Part shown: positions 1-12,990 of the stretch, in pieces
Layout: each line of letters opens with the position of its first letter
Numbering within the stretch: position 1 is the stretch's first letter
Assembly: GCA_036785375.1 (NCBI GenBank)
Contig: JAWMAR010000421.1
Span: 930,001 to 994,000, forward strand
Direction of reading: 5' to 3'
Length of the DNA stretch: 64,000 nucleotides
Origin: Leucoraja ocellata
Taxonomy: Eukaryota
The notes under the pieces: generated by a model
What the model saw: only the letters and a program-made list of their open reading frames with translations
The model's database searches: none
What the model was told of the DNA's origin: nothing
Program-made: the position numbers and the translations under genes

Positions 1-428
1 CTGTGACTGGGGATGTGCAATAAGAGCTGTATCTCGAGCTTATCACATTCATTTTACTATTGTGGTGCCAAAAAAAACTCTAATTACTTTGGCCTATATA
101 TGGTTGCTTCAAAGTCATGTCAGAAGGCAGTTGGGGAACTCACTATTTACAAATGAAATCCTGATTAAATAATAAACAACAATGGACTCCTTAAAGATTA
201 TTCAGAATTACTGCAAGATCACAAAATGACAATAATTTCTCAATTTTACTTTCAACATTAAAAAACAGTGGGCTTCCTTCTACATTAATTACTGTTGAAA
301 CACAAATGCTTGACCTCGGTCAGCATTAAATGTAATGTGGTTATAACATCAAGGAGAACTCATCTGCATTTAGACTATATAACAAATCTTGTCATAAGAG
401 TTACCCAAAAGTAAGTTGATGACCTTAC

Positions 429-678
429 CATGCTGCTGTTTAAATTTTTGTCCACCCTGCAGAAAGTATGTGGTGGCATCTCGCCTTTACTTGGAACAAT
501 GATACAAATATCAGTAACAGCCAGTGAATTCTGGGCTGAGTTTTCTGGTGCCCGCCGATATGTGATATAGATTCGTTGAGATGAAGTGCCACCACTGATA
601 ATAGCAGGTCGGCCATAAGGTGTGGTTTGAATGATTTGGCATCCATGCTTCAGTCTCTCTTTCCATTCGTATAAAACA
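429..678 (-). CDS. DENND4A: DENND4A second coding exon (MABP region), 250 nt
   Basis: Translates (G)[30 protein letters not shown]...[16 protein letters not shown]. Acceptor ttttctag|T at 678 and donor ATG|gtaagg at 429; phase 2 matches the previous exon. Confidence 0.93.
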
Positions 679-3051
679 CTAGAAAACAATACTAGATTAA
701 CCACTATTAATTGATAATTATCCCACGATAAATAAATTAGATGCTAGCTGAGCTGCTTCTATCTAAATCAGAAATTAGGAGATTGCTAATAAACTACATT
801 TCTCTTAAAATGAAAACGAGGTGTGATATTACATATTCATAAAAATAACTAGGTTAATTAATGCAAGGCAAAGCAAGGACTTTCCTTTGTAATCTGATGT
901 ACAATTTTGGAATACAAAGCTACAGATGCTGTAAATCATAAACAAAATTACAGAAGACAGGAACTGCTCAGAAGATCAAGTAGCATCAGTAGAAAGAGAA
1001 ACAGAGTTGACTTTCAATCAAGTACCATTCATCACAACTGGAAAAGTTAGAGGTCAAGCATGTTTTAAGTTGCAGAGAGGGAGGGTGAACAGAGCTTGGC
1101 GTAGGTTGCAGATCAAAATGGTGAAAGTAATAATTATTTTAAAAATAGTAATTGGAAGATAAATAATATGGAGCTGAACGAAAATGTACACACTGAAGCA
1201 AGGGTACAGATTCATCTATGAGAGAAAAAAATGAGGATTTACATGAAATTGTTAAATTTGATATTATGTTTACAAAAAGCTTTGTTGCAAGAGGGGCTGT
1301 GATTCTTGTACTTACACTGGACATTGCTGTACCAATATTGGAGGTCAAGGACAGAGAGATCAGAGTGGGAGTGGGATGGAGAATTACGTGTTTTTTGGGT
1401 TATTTTTGATATTTGTTCTTGATTTAGACTGTTCTCAAAGAATAATTTACTAATTTAAGAATCACATCTTTTAATACACAATTATAATTATCGTCACAAG
1501 TATAATTAGAACCACCCTGATCTAAATGACTAGCACAGCAGACTCCAGGAACTGAACAATCTATTCCTAGTGTTCACTACATTTTGATATTGAAACAGAA
1601 TATTGTGTATGCATTTGTTTTAGTAGTAGTTGAAGTTAACAGAGTTCTGTTAGAGGTGTTCAACGCCTGAATTCTATTTGACACCATAGCACTATAATCT
1701 TGCTACTCTTACCATTAAAAAAACCTTTCGTTTCTCAGGCTTGAAGTTTAATAAAACATGAAATTATTATTATGATATTTTCAGTTCCTGGCATAGAAGG
1801 ATTGTTTTATCCAACATTCCTTTCACAACAACAATTTGCCCTTGCTGGAATGTCAAGATCTATTGATGAGGCAATTGCGTTAAATACCTTGAGATACCTA
1901 TATATGAAATGGGTTAGAAAGTTTCAGTTTAGAGGACAAACGAGGGTGTGCTATAAATGCTGGCCGTGCCCATAATGTCTACAAATTATGAACAAATACA
2001 TTTTTTAAATGTAGATAGTATATTTCTTTTGATTTTCTAATTAGATTTATTAGATACTATACTGTATTTATGCACCCTAATGATGTAAAAATATTGCAAA
2101 AGGTACAACATTTATTCACTAGAATGACAGTGGAAGAGGTTTTGCCCATAAGAAATAGCTAACTAGGCTAAATATATGTCAGTGCTAACTAAACCCAAGC
2201 CAATTTACCAATGTAATTTTGAATACATTTAATCAACAGATGGGTATTCTCTTCCCTGCAGTTGACCTAGCGTAAAATCTCCATCTACAAGAAACTGCTC
2301 ATGGGTGGATGAATTCAGTAGAACATTAGTGAATATGGACTAGTATGGAGAGAGTCAGGGTCTCTTGATATAGGAAATAGAAATGTCATTCTGCTGCGAT
2401 GGAGCACATGATCTGAAATAGAAAATCTTGCTGTATACCCAATCTATGTGATCAGCTCCACTTGACAATTGAATGCCCAATACTGCCAATAGTATAAAAG
2501 CGATCCACACTCTGGTTCTTAAACCTTCCAACCCGAAAGTTGAATAACATGTAATCTAAACTCTGACAATGACTGCCCAACCTCGGTAACATACAACTGA
2601 AGTTGGTCAAAGCCTAAATGTTCGTTCGAAATATCATTGTGATAAAAAATAAAAATAAAATAGGGATATGTTGACACCCTAAAGGAATTATGAAAACAAT
2701 CTATCGCCCAGAGAAGTAATAAAAATTATAAGAATTATTCTGTATCTATGGTGCATCCTGGGTGCAACCTGCATTTGGTGTGAGAAGAACTAAAAGCCTG
2801 AGCATTTTAAAGCATGTTGTTGTCAGTTAATGTGAAGGGAACTTGTACTCCAAACTTGTTCATGAAGATAGAATATGCCAAAGGTTCAGAAGCATTGATA
2901 TTTTACACAATTCAGTATAGGTTTGAAATATCTATTTGAACAAAGTTAACAAGCTACACATATTACTGAAATGAATGTCAAGTACAAAGATGAGAGCCAT
3001 ACACTACATGATATATTGCAATCTGAATTAATGTTAATTGTAGTCACATAC

Positions 3052-3362
3052 CCTAGATCAGTCAGAGGTGGCTTATCTCTACCTCTTTTGTAGCATAAAA
3101 AAATTTGAGGACCCATCAAACTTCCATTATTGAGATCAGCGGATAATCCTGTTTGAGTAGTTTCAACACATGTATACCCTTGAGGAACTTCCTCTCCCAA
3201 TGATTTCACAATGACAGCCACATCTGTAATGGGTGTTTTCGGTTTAGCTAATTTATGGCAGTTGTCATTAAACTGTATCTCCTCTTCAAGTGGCTTTGAT
3301 GCACTAGTCATGCCTGCCACCACAAAATAGTCAGCGACACGAGGACCTTTGTCTTCCATCAT
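3052..3362 (-). CDS. DENND4A: DENND4A first coding exon (exon starts at 3372 with 10 nt of 5' UTR)
   Basis: [29 protein letters not shown]...[21 protein letters not shown] is the DENND4 N-terminus. Acceptor cttttcag| at 3372, donor GG|gtatgt at 3052; 311 coding nt. The A paralogue is supported by synteny with RAB11A and MEGF11. Confidence 0.94.
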
Positions 3363-3780
3363 GACTGATCACCTGAAAAGAAAGAAGATGATTATGCAAA
3401 TTGCAATGCTTCACCTTAAATGAAAACACTACCTTTTTACACCACAGATAATTAAACATTTTTTTTTAGAGAAAAGGTATTTGTGGCTTCCCTGCCAGGT
3501 AAGCTTTCAAGAAACAAATCCAATCCAACTACACGAGAGAGGGGGATAATGGAAGAAGTGTGTACCATTAATCTCACAATTTAACATAGCAGTCGAAAGA
3601 CTCTGCTGACAAGATAATGGGAGACCTGAAGGAATCATTTTCTTTGCACAGTTTAATGTTGTCAGCTGAACCAATTATAAGTGACAGTTACAGTGCTTTA
3701 TCAAATTTTGGTTGGTTAATATTCCATTTATTATGCAAAACTATGGACACATATCAGTCACAAAACAAACTGCTGGAGGA

Positions 3781-3959
3781 TAGACACAAAAAGCTGATTG
3801 ATTGATAAAAAATACATCATGCAGCATTCTTCAGAAGAATGGTCTCAACTCGAAACATCAGCCATTCCTTCTCTCCAGAGCTGCTGCCTGTCCCGCTGAG
3901 TTACTCCAGCATTTTGTGTCTATCTTCAGTTTAAACCAGCGTCTGCAGCTCCTTCTTAC
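3781..3959 (+). mobile_element. Short Penelope-derived pLTR insertion nested in a related copy
   Basis: Family motif (ccagagctgctgcctgtcccgctgagttactccagcattttgtgtcta) flanked by the 16-bp direct repeat acaaactgctggagga at 3765-3780 and 3960-3975. Confidence 0.7.
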
Positions 3960-5140
3960 ACAAACTGCTGGAGGAACTCACTGGATCAGGAAAATGGACA
4001 GATGATGTTTCAGGTCAGGACAATGAACTACTCTAGCTCTTAGTTCAGATTGAAACACTACATCTCAAAGAATATAAATAACTTGCTCATTGCAAAATGT
4101 GAATGGACTTCTCAAATAAGTCTTTCTCCTGGGATCTCTCGAATTCGGTTTACATTTCTGATGAGTGTTATGAACTATCTGTTTAAATATCTCCCACTGC
4201 TCATCTACTGACCTACCCCTTATTTATCCAATCCATTCCAGACAATTCTCCATTCATACCATTACAATTGTTCATATTTAAAATGAGAAAATTGGTTATG
4301 GACTTGGATACAGATCCTTAAATTGTATCTAAAATTCTAGTATATAGTGATCACTAATTCTTAAACACAACAATTTTATTAATCCTACTCCATCACACAT
4401 AACCAAGTCTAAAATAGCCTGTTCTATAAAATTGGCAAATCTAAAATAGGTTTAACATGTTACGCTAAAAAACAATTCCTGACGCACTCCATAAATTCAT
4501 CTTCCAGCCCTCTAAAGTGCAAGTAGACAGAACCCGGATGGTGTGCAGATTGATTGGGCCTATTACTGCATGTTCCATGTTTAGTTACTTGTCTTATTTA
4601 TAATCAGTGTTGTGCAAGATACACAATAAATACTGCACTTTTGAGAGACAGCTCAAAGTGTAGTTAAAGCACAGGATTATTGTAGTGTTCATATATTGGC
4701 AGCTCATTAAGGTCATCAATTCCGTCACACTCGTCCTGAGGTAAACATTTCTCCCAACAGCACATGGATGGATTGGAATGTACTGAGAATACAACAGTTA
4801 CGCAGTCAATGAGCACCAGAATATACTTCTACATCGCACAGACTATTTCAAGGTCATAAATTTACAAAGTAGATAAATTATTGTACTCGAAGTTGAGGAT
4901 TTACCCGAGCATGCCTGCTATTCAATGTTCCTTTTTATTGATAATTTAGTAATTCAGCTGAATACATGCCTGAATAAAAATCATCATTTATTTTAGTAAG
5001 GCAATTGGCACAATGTCCCACTGAGGTGAAGGACGCACTGCCCTTTCTCTACATTTAACAGGTGCATGACATTTGCACGTAATAGTATCTATAACCGTCC
5101 CCTTATGCAACCCGCCAATAAACGTTTCTGGAAATAGTTA

Positions 5141-5319
5141 CAGTGCCCTCCATAATGGTTGGGACAAAGACCCATCATTTATTTATTTACCTCTGTACTC
5201 CACAATTTGAGATTTGTAATAGGAAAAAAAAAAAAAATCATATATGGTTAAAGTGCACATTGTCAGATTTTATTTTGGCCATTTTTATACATTTTGGTTT
5301 CACCATGTAAAAATTACAG
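5141..5319 (+). mobile_element. Solo truncated terminal inverted repeat of the Tc1 family at 56889-58531
   Basis: TA|cagtgccctccataatggttgggacaaagacccatcatttattt... closely matches the TIRs of the full-length Tc1. It stops at a LINE tail. Confidence 0.88.
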
Positions 5320-5320
5320 A

Positions 5321-5860
5321 TCAAGTCAAGTCAAGTCAAATTTATTTGTCACATACACATACGAGATGTGCAGTGAAATAAAAGTGGCAATGCTCGCGGA
5401 ACAACAAAACAACCAAACAAATTATAAACACAATCATAACACACATATTATTTTACATAATAAATAATAGAAGGAAAAACGTTCTGTACAGTTAGTCCCT
5501 GGTGAGAAAGGCGTTTACAGTCCGAATTGCCTCTGGGAAGAAACTCCTTCTCAACCTCTCCGTTCTCACTGCATGGCAACGGAGGCGTTTGCCTGACCGT
5601 AGCGGCTGGAACAGTCCGTTGCAGGGGTGGAAGAGGTCTCTCATGATTTTGTTTGCTCTGGAGTTGCACCTCCTGTTGTATAGTTCCTGCAGGGGGGTGA
5701 GTGAAGTTCCCATAGTGCGTTCGGCCGAACGCACTACTCTCTGCAGAGCCTTCTTGTCCTTGGCAGAGCAATTCCCGAACCAGATGGTAATGTTCCCGGA
5801 CAAGATGCTTTCCACCGCCGCTGCGTAGAAGCACTGGAGGATCCTCGGAGACACTCTGAA
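5321..5860 (-). mobile_element. Rex1/Babar-like LINE 3' fragment
   Basis: ORF 5492-5854 (FYAAAVESILSGNITIWFGNCSAKDKKALQRVVRSAER...HPCNGLFQPLRSGKR) is typical of the Rex1/Babar ORF C-terminus. (TTGAC)n tail at 5321-5340. Confidence 0.82.
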
Positions 5861-5904
5861 TTTATGTGTTTATAAATGATGTGTTTATACATAGTCTCTC
5901 CCCA

Positions 5905-6810
5905 CCCCTCCCCCCCCCCTCCCCCCTCCGGTTGCAAGGAAAAGGACCAGGGGAGGTGAAATACAAGGAATTTGATTTGACATACAGTCATACCAATAAA
6001 AAGTAACAAAACACAAAATATACATTTTAACATAAACATCCATCACAGTGTCTCCTCCACATTTCATCATTGTGATGGAAGGCAAAAAAAGTTCAATCTA
6101 TTCCCTTCTTTGTTCTCCCGCAGTCGGGGGCCTCGAGCCTTCCGTTGACAGGACGAATTTGGCTCCCGTAGCCAGCGGTCAGGCCCTCCACGTCGGACAA
6201 TCAAGCTTCCGAATATAAGGGGCTCGCAGGTCCCCGTGCCGGGTGATTGGACCCTGGGTTGGGGCTAGTCGAACCTCTTGCTACTTTGGAGCTTCCTGAC
6301 ATCGGTCTCTACCCGAGAGACTGCGAGCTCCTCGATATTGGAATCTGCAGGCCGCAGTTGGAGTGTTGATCACAGGCAAAGGATTGCAGGCTCCGATGGT
6401 AAGTCCACATCCCCGTGATGGGGCACAAAGTCAGTCTCGAGCAAGGCCGCCAGCTCCATGATGTTAGGCCGCAGAGCCACCAGAGATATGATCCGGGAAG
6501 AAAAAAAAAGATCCCATCTCCGGCAAGTTATGAAATTGAAAAAAAAGTTTCACCCAATCCCCCCACCCCCACATAAAACAAACCAGAGAACATTAACACA
6601 TACTTTTAAAACACTCTAAAAAAGACGAAAAGACAGACAGACCGACCGTTGGCGAGGCTACCATTGCTGATAGCGCCACCCGGTTTATGTGGATACGAAA
6701 GGTTTGAGGGATATGGGCCAAATTAGGACAGGTAGGACCAGTTTAGATGGGGCATCTTGTTCGGCATGGGCAAGTTGGGCCAAAGGGCCTGTTCCCGTCC
6801 AGTATGGCTC
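5905..6810. repeat. Unclassified GC-rich interspersed repeat followed by a CR1-like 3' end
   Basis: Abrupt GC/CpG-rich block in an AT-rich intron. 6685-6810 resembles a CR1 3' UTR (gggatatgggccaaa...gggcaagttgggccaaagggcctgtt). Confidence 0.45.
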
Positions 6811-8079
6811 ATCCTTTTGTGGAATCGTCCTGTACGCTTCGGCCTCGCCATTCAGGGACTGTCAGAACGCTCAGGGTCAGGGCATCACCCGATGGTTTAT
6901 TGCATGGTAACGGCTCTCTGCCATCACTCCTGCTCTTATCGCTACAAACTGCTTCCACAGCCCTTTGAGGAAACCTTTACCATGATATTCAGGAGATAAA
7001 TTTGCCCCATCTGTCTTAAATTGGTGACTTTGTGATTTAGTGAAACCTGGAGCTAGATTCTCCCACAAGAAGAAATATCCACTCTACATCCCATTCTCAT
7101 AATTTTGCATGCTTTGATCAAGACCCATCCCACCAATTCAACTCTTCCAAACTCCAGCCAATACAATCCTGGTCAACCATTCCTCATAAGTCAAACTACC
7201 ATGAAAGTAAAATTTTCCACGGTATTAAACTTGTACAGACGGCAATTCCTGTTACTTGATGTTCTTTAGTTATCCGGATAATTTGCTGAGATTCCTTTAA
7301 AATTGTAGATTGAAAAGTATGAGAAAGACAAGTTCCAATGGATCGTGCAATTATGGTGTGTGGAAACTCATTTTATGTCACTGAGAATTCGGGATACTAT
7401 AATACAATGGTTTTTATGCCTATCTTAAATTCAGCGTTGTACAACAAAGAAAGAAACCCCTCAACCATGCCAACCCTTTGCCCGTACTTTCTTTCTATTT
7501 AATATCTATGGAAGACAACAGAAATCTCCCCCAAATAGAGAATTGCAAGCTCAATACGAGTGAAATTAACATTGTACAAAAAGTGTTAAGAATAAATTAT
7601 TGGGACTGAGGTAATATTTACATTTTAAACAAAATGTTAATTCCAGATAAAATTTAGTAGATTAAAAAAAACATTTATTCTCTAGTGGTAAGTGATACCA
7701 AGGTAAAAGACTGATATGATCTTAATGAATCATGCAGAAGGCACAAAGGATCGAATGCTGTACTCCTCCCTCTATTTCTTACTGCCTCTTGATCAAGGAC
7801 AAAGGATGGGGGAGTGGGGGTAAGGTCAAAGAGATGGTTGAGAAAGCAAGAAAGACATATCGATGTTGAGCACATTCATGTGTGAATATAATCATGTGTG
7901 CATATGCACTTGTGTAGGTGGATGAGCTTTGACATCCATGCAAAGTCTGGTGTCCAATTGACGATGTGTATTTCCATGGGATCAATGCTTAACAGGGTGA
8001 AGACCACAAGATAGCTGGCATGTACCAGCTGTTCCATATTAAATGAAGTCATGCACAAATAGCCCACTCCACAATATGA

Positions 8080-9300
8080 ACTTTGGTACCTGGAAAGTCA
8101 GCTCCCTCATGCACTGTCCTAATCGTATCTGCCCTGTCAAGGGCTTGGAGACTCACTGATATTAGCACTGGTGCTTTTTTTCTGAGACACTACGAAATTG
8201 CTAGCACAATGAACAAACATTGATACACTACCTCCTGGAAGAGCTAACAGAGGCTGAAAGCCTTTCTTTATGGAGTGGGTTTAATATCTAATCCCACTCT
8301 GACATCTCCATCAATCACTGGCATCGAAGCAACAGAAACAATAGAAATGTTGCTACAAGAAACTCAGTGTGAAGGACAGTGGAAAGATAGCTTTTCTTAT
8401 ATATTATCTCACAGACAACCATCAAGAGTCATGAAATGCCATAGCATCAAGAGTGTCCAGAAGTCTCTCTGTTAAAAGATTCATTGGTTCTTGACTGGAA
8501 AACAACACAACATGCTTGGATGAGAATTATCAGGAAATCCAGCAATTTTTTAAACTGCAAACACATTGTGTTCCTGGATTGAAAGTTCTACCGCACCCCA
8601 AGGGAGAAGAAACAGCTGTACAGGCAACTGAACATCAAGATCCAACAAAAACATCTGGCCTAGAGAACAGATGGCGAGTAAAATGAGCACATGACATCCA
8701 GAGATTTGCTGACAACCACGACAAGGCTATCACTAGCCAATTGCTCAATGCTCCACCACATTGAGAGCAAAGAACAGAAATAAACTTAACAAGACGGACA
8801 AGCAATTAGCAGCAATACTTCAAAGAACACCAACCACAACTCTGATTTTCATCCATGTATTGTTTATTCTACTCCATAGCTAAATATTTGGTTCACTCTT
8901 GCTGCCACCCATGAAACACCCTGAAAATCTAAAATACTTTATTCCTACAACAGAATGGTATCCCTGCTATAGTTCTGAATTGTAGCAGACAAGAACTTTA
9001 GTCTCAACTTCATAATGTTATCCAAGGAAAGGTGTAAAATTGAAGGGTACATCAGAGCTGCCATTATCATGTCCACCTTCAAGAAAATAGATGGGCAAAT
9101 CCATCTGCTATGGAACCCTTAAAAACACCTTGTTTCCAAAGAGATGGCTATTGTTTCCTAAGGTTATCCATCTATGCAGCAGCTGGCAACATTAGCTGAG
9201 CTCTCAGTTGATCAATCCAAACAAAGTTTGGATTGTGAAAGCATGATTGTCTACCAAATCAAAATCTAACAGTGGACATAAAATAATTTCTTACCCCAAT
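8080..9300 (+). mobile_element. Highly decayed RTE-like LINE remnant (possibly more at ~10900-11190)
   Basis: Faint endonuclease-like motifs (FGTWKVSSL at ~8082, ...YGVG) in broken frames; no intact ORF. Confidence 0.35.
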
Positions 9301-11329
9301 AAAATTGATATAAATCGATATTCTACAGCTTTTGCTGGATTTGCAGAAAAATAACCAATGCACTTTCTATGAATGTATATAGACTATAGTAAGGAGCTGA
9401 GAGAGCAGCCTTATGGAGCACCAGTGTTGAGAATTTCCATGGATTTATTTTGATGTGGACAGTTGGGAAAATTCAGAGCCAACATAGACTTCTCTCACAC
9501 AATTATAAAAGAGGAGCAGGACATATGCTCAGCCGCATGAGCAAGAGGAAATGGTGCAAGACCTCACTCTTAATTAAATGTGGTAGTGCTGACTCGTACT
9601 CGTTTATAGCAAACATCACTTGTATACGAGTGTTGTAGACCTTTGTTCAACAACCAACCTCATCCATCAACTTGTATAATGTATCACCATTGGGCAGCCA
9701 GCTATGATCGCAATTGAATTCCTCGTGATATATAATATACACTTACACTTTATTTGCAGAGAAACCTTCAAAAAGACGATGACAATCCAAAAATAAGATC
9801 ATCCTTTTTTGAGATGACAAAATATTTAAGCTGAACTAAAAGAACAATCAGATAAACTCAATGAGGCCACATAATTCATATAGGTTCATCCCCCTATTGT
9901 ACAATTACATGGCATGTAACAACTGTACAATAAATTTCCAAGGGAAATAGTAAGGGAATAAATAGTAAGCACTGAAAATTTAGAGTATATTTTAAGGCAG
10001 TAAACACACATACAAAATCAGAAAGGCTTTAATTATGTCAAAACACTTCCTGCTGTTATCTTGCACAATATACAGAGCTCACTTCCATTTTTGTAAAAAG
10101 CAACCATCTTTCCACTTTCGTAAGGGGACTAAACAGATGATGCAATTGTTAGCAAGCGCTGAGTAATATCAAAAGATGATAAAACTTGCACGGATAAATT
10201 CTCGAGGGATAAGCACAATAATTGAAATAACTAAAGAGCATGCTCAATGAAATCATGTGAATAATTCCTTAAGCCAGCTCCTTAACTACTCAAATCTATT
10301 TTTCATCTCCTTCCCACATCCTTTTAAACTGTTCATTTCCAAATAGTGGACTTTTGATTAACCAGCAGCTATTTTACTGGTTTGCAAATTAACCACGCTA
10401 GATTTGAATGCAAACCTCTGTAAAGCTTCTAGAAAGTACAAAGAAAGTAGCAAAGAAAAAGTCATAATGCATTCACTGCAATTGAAATGCAATGCATTCA
10501 CTGTAGTTAGAGCGAATTATAGTATCAATGCTTTCAAGTAAATTGAAGCTTATTGTTAGTAATATTGTTCCTTAGACTCCTTTAAATATTATTTAATGCA
10601 CTTGCATTATCCATGTCGCACAGCTCTCTATTACTGAATAATGGTTATTTACATGTCATGGTTATTAGTGAGTTACCATATCTGTGGTTTTTCCGTATTA
10701 GGTCAATCGCAATCAACAAGAATTGCTGAGTGTCCACATGACCAAAGTTTAATATAATTGGAACGGGTGAATAAACACCTGTAAAAACCAGGACTGGATG
10801 GATAAAATATCCATGCGACTGGGAAAATAATTAATTGTAAACACATGGCACTAAGGCACTCTTGGATTGGGAAAGTCCAAACTCCTCAAGGGAAATATAA
10901 CAGCTCTATGAGCACCTGAAGTCGAACAGAAAAATTCTGACCTAAGGAACAGGTGGTGGGTTTAGCAACACATTAATCCCATGACATTCATAGATTCCTC
11001 AACACTATCAAATCCATCAATGGCAAAAACACCCTAGGGCCCAACCCACTGACAGAAAAGAGCAAAGATGATCGAGATGCTATCTGCATTCACTGGAAGG
11101 AACAGTTCTCAAGATTCCTCAGCTGTGTCTCTGGCCTTGACATGGGCACCCTTGAATTAATTCCACGGCAAATTATCCAATCCAGTTCCCCCACAACATT
11201 GATTACACTGCGAGTCGGGTCGGGTCACTGAAATGGATAGAAAAAAAGGCCCACGTTCCGCTCCGTTCTACACGTCAGCCCATTGCATTTAGAAGGAATG
11301 GTGTATCTTGCTCCACTGTAGGATCTTTG

Positions 11330-12128
11330 CTTCAGACTGATGTGAAGGTGGGGGCGGGAAGAAGAAAGGAAAAGGCGGAGACAGTGGGCTTAGGGAGAGC
11401 TCGGAAGGGGCGTAGAAAGCCGGGACTACCTGAAATTGGAGAAGTCAATGTTTATACCGCTGGGGTGTAAACTGCCCAAGCGAAATACAAGGTGCTGCTC
11501 CTCCAATTTACGGTGGGGCTCACTCTGGCCGTGGAGGAGGCCCAGGACAGTAAGGTCGGATTTGGAATGGGAGGAGGAGTTGAATTGCTGAACCACCGGA
11601 AGATCAAGTTGGTTATTGCGAACCGAGCGGAGGTGTTGGGCGAAGCGATTGCCAAGCCTACGCTTGGTCTCACCGATGTAGAGCAGCTGACACCTACAGC
11701 AGCGGATGCAATAGATAAGGTTGCAGGAGGTGCAGGTGAACCTCTGCCGCACCTGGAAAGACTGCTTGGGTCCTTGAATGGAGTCAAGAAGGGAGGTAAA
11801 GCGACAAGTGTAGCATTTCATGCAGTTGCAAGGGAAAGTGCCAAGAGAGGGGGTGGTTTGGGTGGGAAGGGATGAATTGACCAGGGAGTTACGGAGGGAG
11901 CGGTCTCTGCGGAAAGCAGACAGGGAAGGAGATGGGAAGATGTGGCCAGCAGTGGGATCCCGTTGGAGGTGGCAAATGTCGGAGGATTATTTGTTGTATG
12001 TGCCGGCTGGTAGGGTGAAAGGTGAGGACAAGGGGGACTGCCCTTGTTATGAGTGGGGGGGGATGGGGAGTGAGAGCAGAGTTACGGGGTATAGAAGAGA
12101 CCCTGGTGAGAGCCTCATCTATAGTAGA
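11330..12128 (-). mobile_element. Penelope-like retroelement, 3' part with GIY-YIG endonuclease
   Basis: ORF 11426-11821 (FTCTSCNLIYCIRCCRCQLLYIGETKRRLGNRFAQH...HRKLEEQHLVFRLGSLHPSGINIDF) and upstream VPLVLTFHPTS are the PLE linker and GIY-YIG domain. Confidence 0.9.
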
Positions 12129-12177
12129 TAATGGCATCTTGCGTTATAATGGGTAGTTTTGGGAAATAAATGTTTCT

Positions 12178-12990
12178 AATAATAATAATAAATTTTATTT
12201 ATGGGCGCCTTTCAAGAGTCTCAAGGACACCTTACAAAAATTTAGCAAGTAGAGGAAAAAAATGTAAGCGGAATGAAATAAATAGTAGAGACATGACTAG
12301 TACACAAATTAAAGACAGAATTCAATTCAAAACACAATATGAGGCAATTCAAGCACAGATGAAAAGGGAGGGGGACGTGGGGCTAAGGATAGGCAGAGGT
12401 GAAGAGATGGGTCTTGAGGCAGGACTGGAAGATGGTGAGGGACACGGAATTGCGGATCAGTTGGGGGAGGGAGTTCCAGAGCCTGGGAGCTGCCCTGGAG
12501 AAGGCTCTGTCCCGAAAACTGCGGAGAGGATGGAGAGGAGACCGGCTGATGTGGACCTGAGGGACCGTGAGGGTTGGTAGGGGGAGAGGAGGTCAGTGAG
12601 ATATGGGGGGGCCAAATGATGGAGGGCTTTGTAGGTGAGGACCAGGATTTTGTAGGTGATCCGTGGGAGATGGGAAGCCAGTGAAGTTGTTTGAGGACTG
12701 GAGTGATGTGATGCCAGGATTTGGTGTGGGTGATGAGTTGGGCGGCTGCATTCTGGACCAGTTGGAGTCGGTTGATGTAGGTGGAGCTGATGTCAAGGAG
12801 AAGTGAGTTGCAATAGTCCAGTCGGGAGGAGATGAAGGCATGGATGAGTCTTTCAGCAGCGGGCGGTGTGAAAGAGGGTCTGATTTTGGCGATGTTGCAG
12901 AGGTGAAAGAAGGAGGTTTTAATGACATGACGGATGTGAGGCTCAAGGGAGAGGGTGGAATCAAAGATCACACCAAGTTTGCGGGCCTGG
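12178..12990 (-). mobile_element. L2-clade LINE 3' fragment
   Basis: ORF 12327-12971 (IFDSTLSLEPHIRHVIKTSFFHLCNIAKIR...LIHAFISSRLDYCNSLL...HITPVLKQLHWLP) is the L2 RT C-terminus. (TTA)n tail at ~12178-12190. Confidence 0.88.
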
